A stretch of DNA of 64,000 bases from NCBI RefSeq assembly GCF_009914755.1, contig NC_060925.1, one strand, 5' to 3'. Below the pieces are notes generated by a model, which worked only from the letters and a program-made list of their open reading frames with translations, did no database searches and had not been told where the DNA came from. Source of the DNA: the human T2T-CHM13v2.0 reference genome, Homo sapiens. This document shows positions 61,670 to 64,000 of the stretch, one piece after another (position 1 is the first letter of the stretch; the number at the start of each line of letters is the position of its first letter). The translations under genes were made by a program, and so were the position numbers.

Positions 61670-62064
<395 letters not shown>

Positions 62065-63271
62065 TTAGTTTTGAATTGTGTGACTTTAACACTGAATACC
62101 CCAGGAAAAATTAAATTGCTCTGTTAAAGTTTACCTTTTGAAAAGCTTCTCATGTTTAAAATAAAACTATCAATTAGTTTGTCTTCATTTTAACAATGGA
62201 AAAGACTGAGACACAGAAGTTATTAAATAGACTCACAGATGCCCTGATCCAAATTACTCTTTACATCTCATCCCCCAAATCAAATCTATTCCTGTTATCC
62301 TCCAATTCTTCATATGACCAAGAACTGACCATGTTTTGAAGCGTGTGGAAGTGCTCTATTTTAAAATATTTTTCAAGAAAGCCATATTCAGTACACGGCA
62401 AAACAAGGCTTGATTTTCAATGGCCACGTGCTCCCCTTTAAAATTTTATAACTCAATTTAACTTTTCCAATAGCTTTGCAGTATGAAAATTCAGTTTATC
62501 TAAAAAATGTACTTCACCTCTTCTGTGAATAAGGTATTTTAAATCACAATCTTATCACGTACTACTTTTTCCTGAGTACATAGGTATTAACTATAAGGCA
62601 TATGAATCCAAACGTGGACAGTATCTTTTTCTTTTTTATAAAATTGAGATAACTGTACACATTTGTTTTGTTACCTAACACAGGCAACTGTTCACAATTT
62701 ACTATTAAGCATACTAAATTATGATCCCTTGAAGCCTACAGAGCCTCTACTCCACCCACTATACATTTGTATACTTCCATAATATTTTCTTTAAATAAAT
62801 TCCTGGAATTCATATCACAGAATTCAAGGTAAGACATTTATTTTTCAGGCTTTTGATTCTGTTTTTCCAAACTGCTTTTTAGAAAGCAGAAGTATAGAAG
62901 AGTGCCTGTTTCCTTGCACTCTTGCCAAAATCAGATTTGTTGGGTTCAATTTTGCCAAGACAGTCACTGAAAAGTAAAAGCCCATTGTTTTCTTTACAAC
63001 TGCGTACCATGCACTTACATTTACACCTTATGCTGTTATCACTGAACCACAACCCCACCCTCCACTACCTCTGGACCTTCATGCAAACTCAATGAACCGG
63101 AAGTGTAGATTTGCAAAAATGCAGTACTACTAATGCCACTGTTTAATTTGTATAACAATAGCTCTATCGTCTTTCTAAGTACATTCAGGATCCATGTCAA
63201 AGATATGCATATGGGATATTTTTTAAAAAGAAACAAGTACAAATAAAGGAAAGCTGCCACTGAGCACCCAC

Positions 63272-63350
63272 CTGCTTCAGCCTGTCATAGTCAAGTCCTT
63301 CCGTCTGGACTCCATTGGCACTGGGCTGTGATAAGGGTGTGGATTTTGGT
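63272..63350 (-). CDS. ENAH: ENAH third-from-last coding exon, (R)PKSTPLSQPSANGVQTEGLDYDRLKQ
   Basis: Minus strand reads tttatacag|ACCAAAATCC...CTGAAGCAG|gtgggt; 79 bp; peptide recognised as the Mena EVH2 region; frame joins the next exon in phase 0. Confidence 0.96.
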
Positions 63351-64000
63351 CTGTATAAATGAGATTTCCAGGACAGGTAAACAACATTCTTAATACTTAA
63401 TGAGTTCATAAATAATTGCAAATTTACCAACCCAACACCAGATTTAAATACATTTCTTTAAAAAAGCCATTTTCTTAAAAAATTATCAAAATTGTAGGGC
63501 TGATTAGAACATAAAACAACATTTTTTCACTTTTCTCAGTATTTCTTATTTATAAAGGAACTAGAAAAAGGTGACAAGATGGTGAGACTTCTTCAGAAAA
63601 GAGTAGAAGACAGTATTCTTTGGGCATGAGGTAACCAGGTAACGTGGCACGTTGACCAAAACAGTGATGAAGAGGCCAGCTGAAACATCTGAGGCTCAAA
63701 TAACACAATCTTGTTTTGTCTTTCTTTTGAACTTTTACATTATCTACTTAAATACCTGGACAAACCAGTGAAAGGAGAAACATAAAGACTTGAATGTTTT
63801 ACACTAACATAAATCAGCTTACAAAGCTGATGCCTTGGATTGCAGGAAGAAAACATTTTTAGTGAGCATGATTTGCTTTATACATATTATTCCATTTCAA
63901 GCATCAAAATAAAAAATGTTTTAAAAATGTTTATTAGATTAGACTATGTGACTATTTCCTTGTGAAATTTTTATGGAGACGTCATTTGAATGGTGTGTTT

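Overview
Primate (almost certainly human) genomic DNA. The right end carries the last three coding exons of ENAH (Mena, Ena/VASP family) on the minus strand. They encode ...RPKSTPLSQPSANGVQTEGLDYDRLKQ / DILDEMRKELTKLKEELID / AIRQELSKSNTA*, the C-terminal EVH2 tetramerising coiled coil. An AT-rich 3' UTR of about 11 kb follows, with several candidate poly(A) sites and five Alus in mixed orientation. The left ~49 kb is non-coding. It holds about 30 Alus, old L1/L2/MIR fragments, MER DNA transposons and about 13 solo LTRs or LTR fragments (MST/MLT1, MER31, THE1, MLT2A, LTR26, MER41A, LTR12C, MLT2, MER54-like), plus a CpG-rich patch with tandem CTCF-like motifs. From my recollection of human 1q42.12, LBR lies just beyond the left edge; it is not visible here. 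I found no new protein-coding system, and the ORF track outside ENAH is explained by repeats or GC-rich chance frames. The best leads are regulatory: (1) a nested inverted-Alu dsRNA module found only in the long ENAH 3' UTR and switchable by alternative polyadenylation; (2) two divergent LTRs, each with a perfect DUX4 motif and a splice donor; (3) an LTR12C inserted inside an Alu and pointing antisense toward ENAH; (4) a compact haematopoietic-type motif cluster; (5) several small local duplication or deletion oddities. Repeat subfamily names come from remembered consensus sequences, and repeat boundaries are approximate unless a target-site duplication (TSD) is given.
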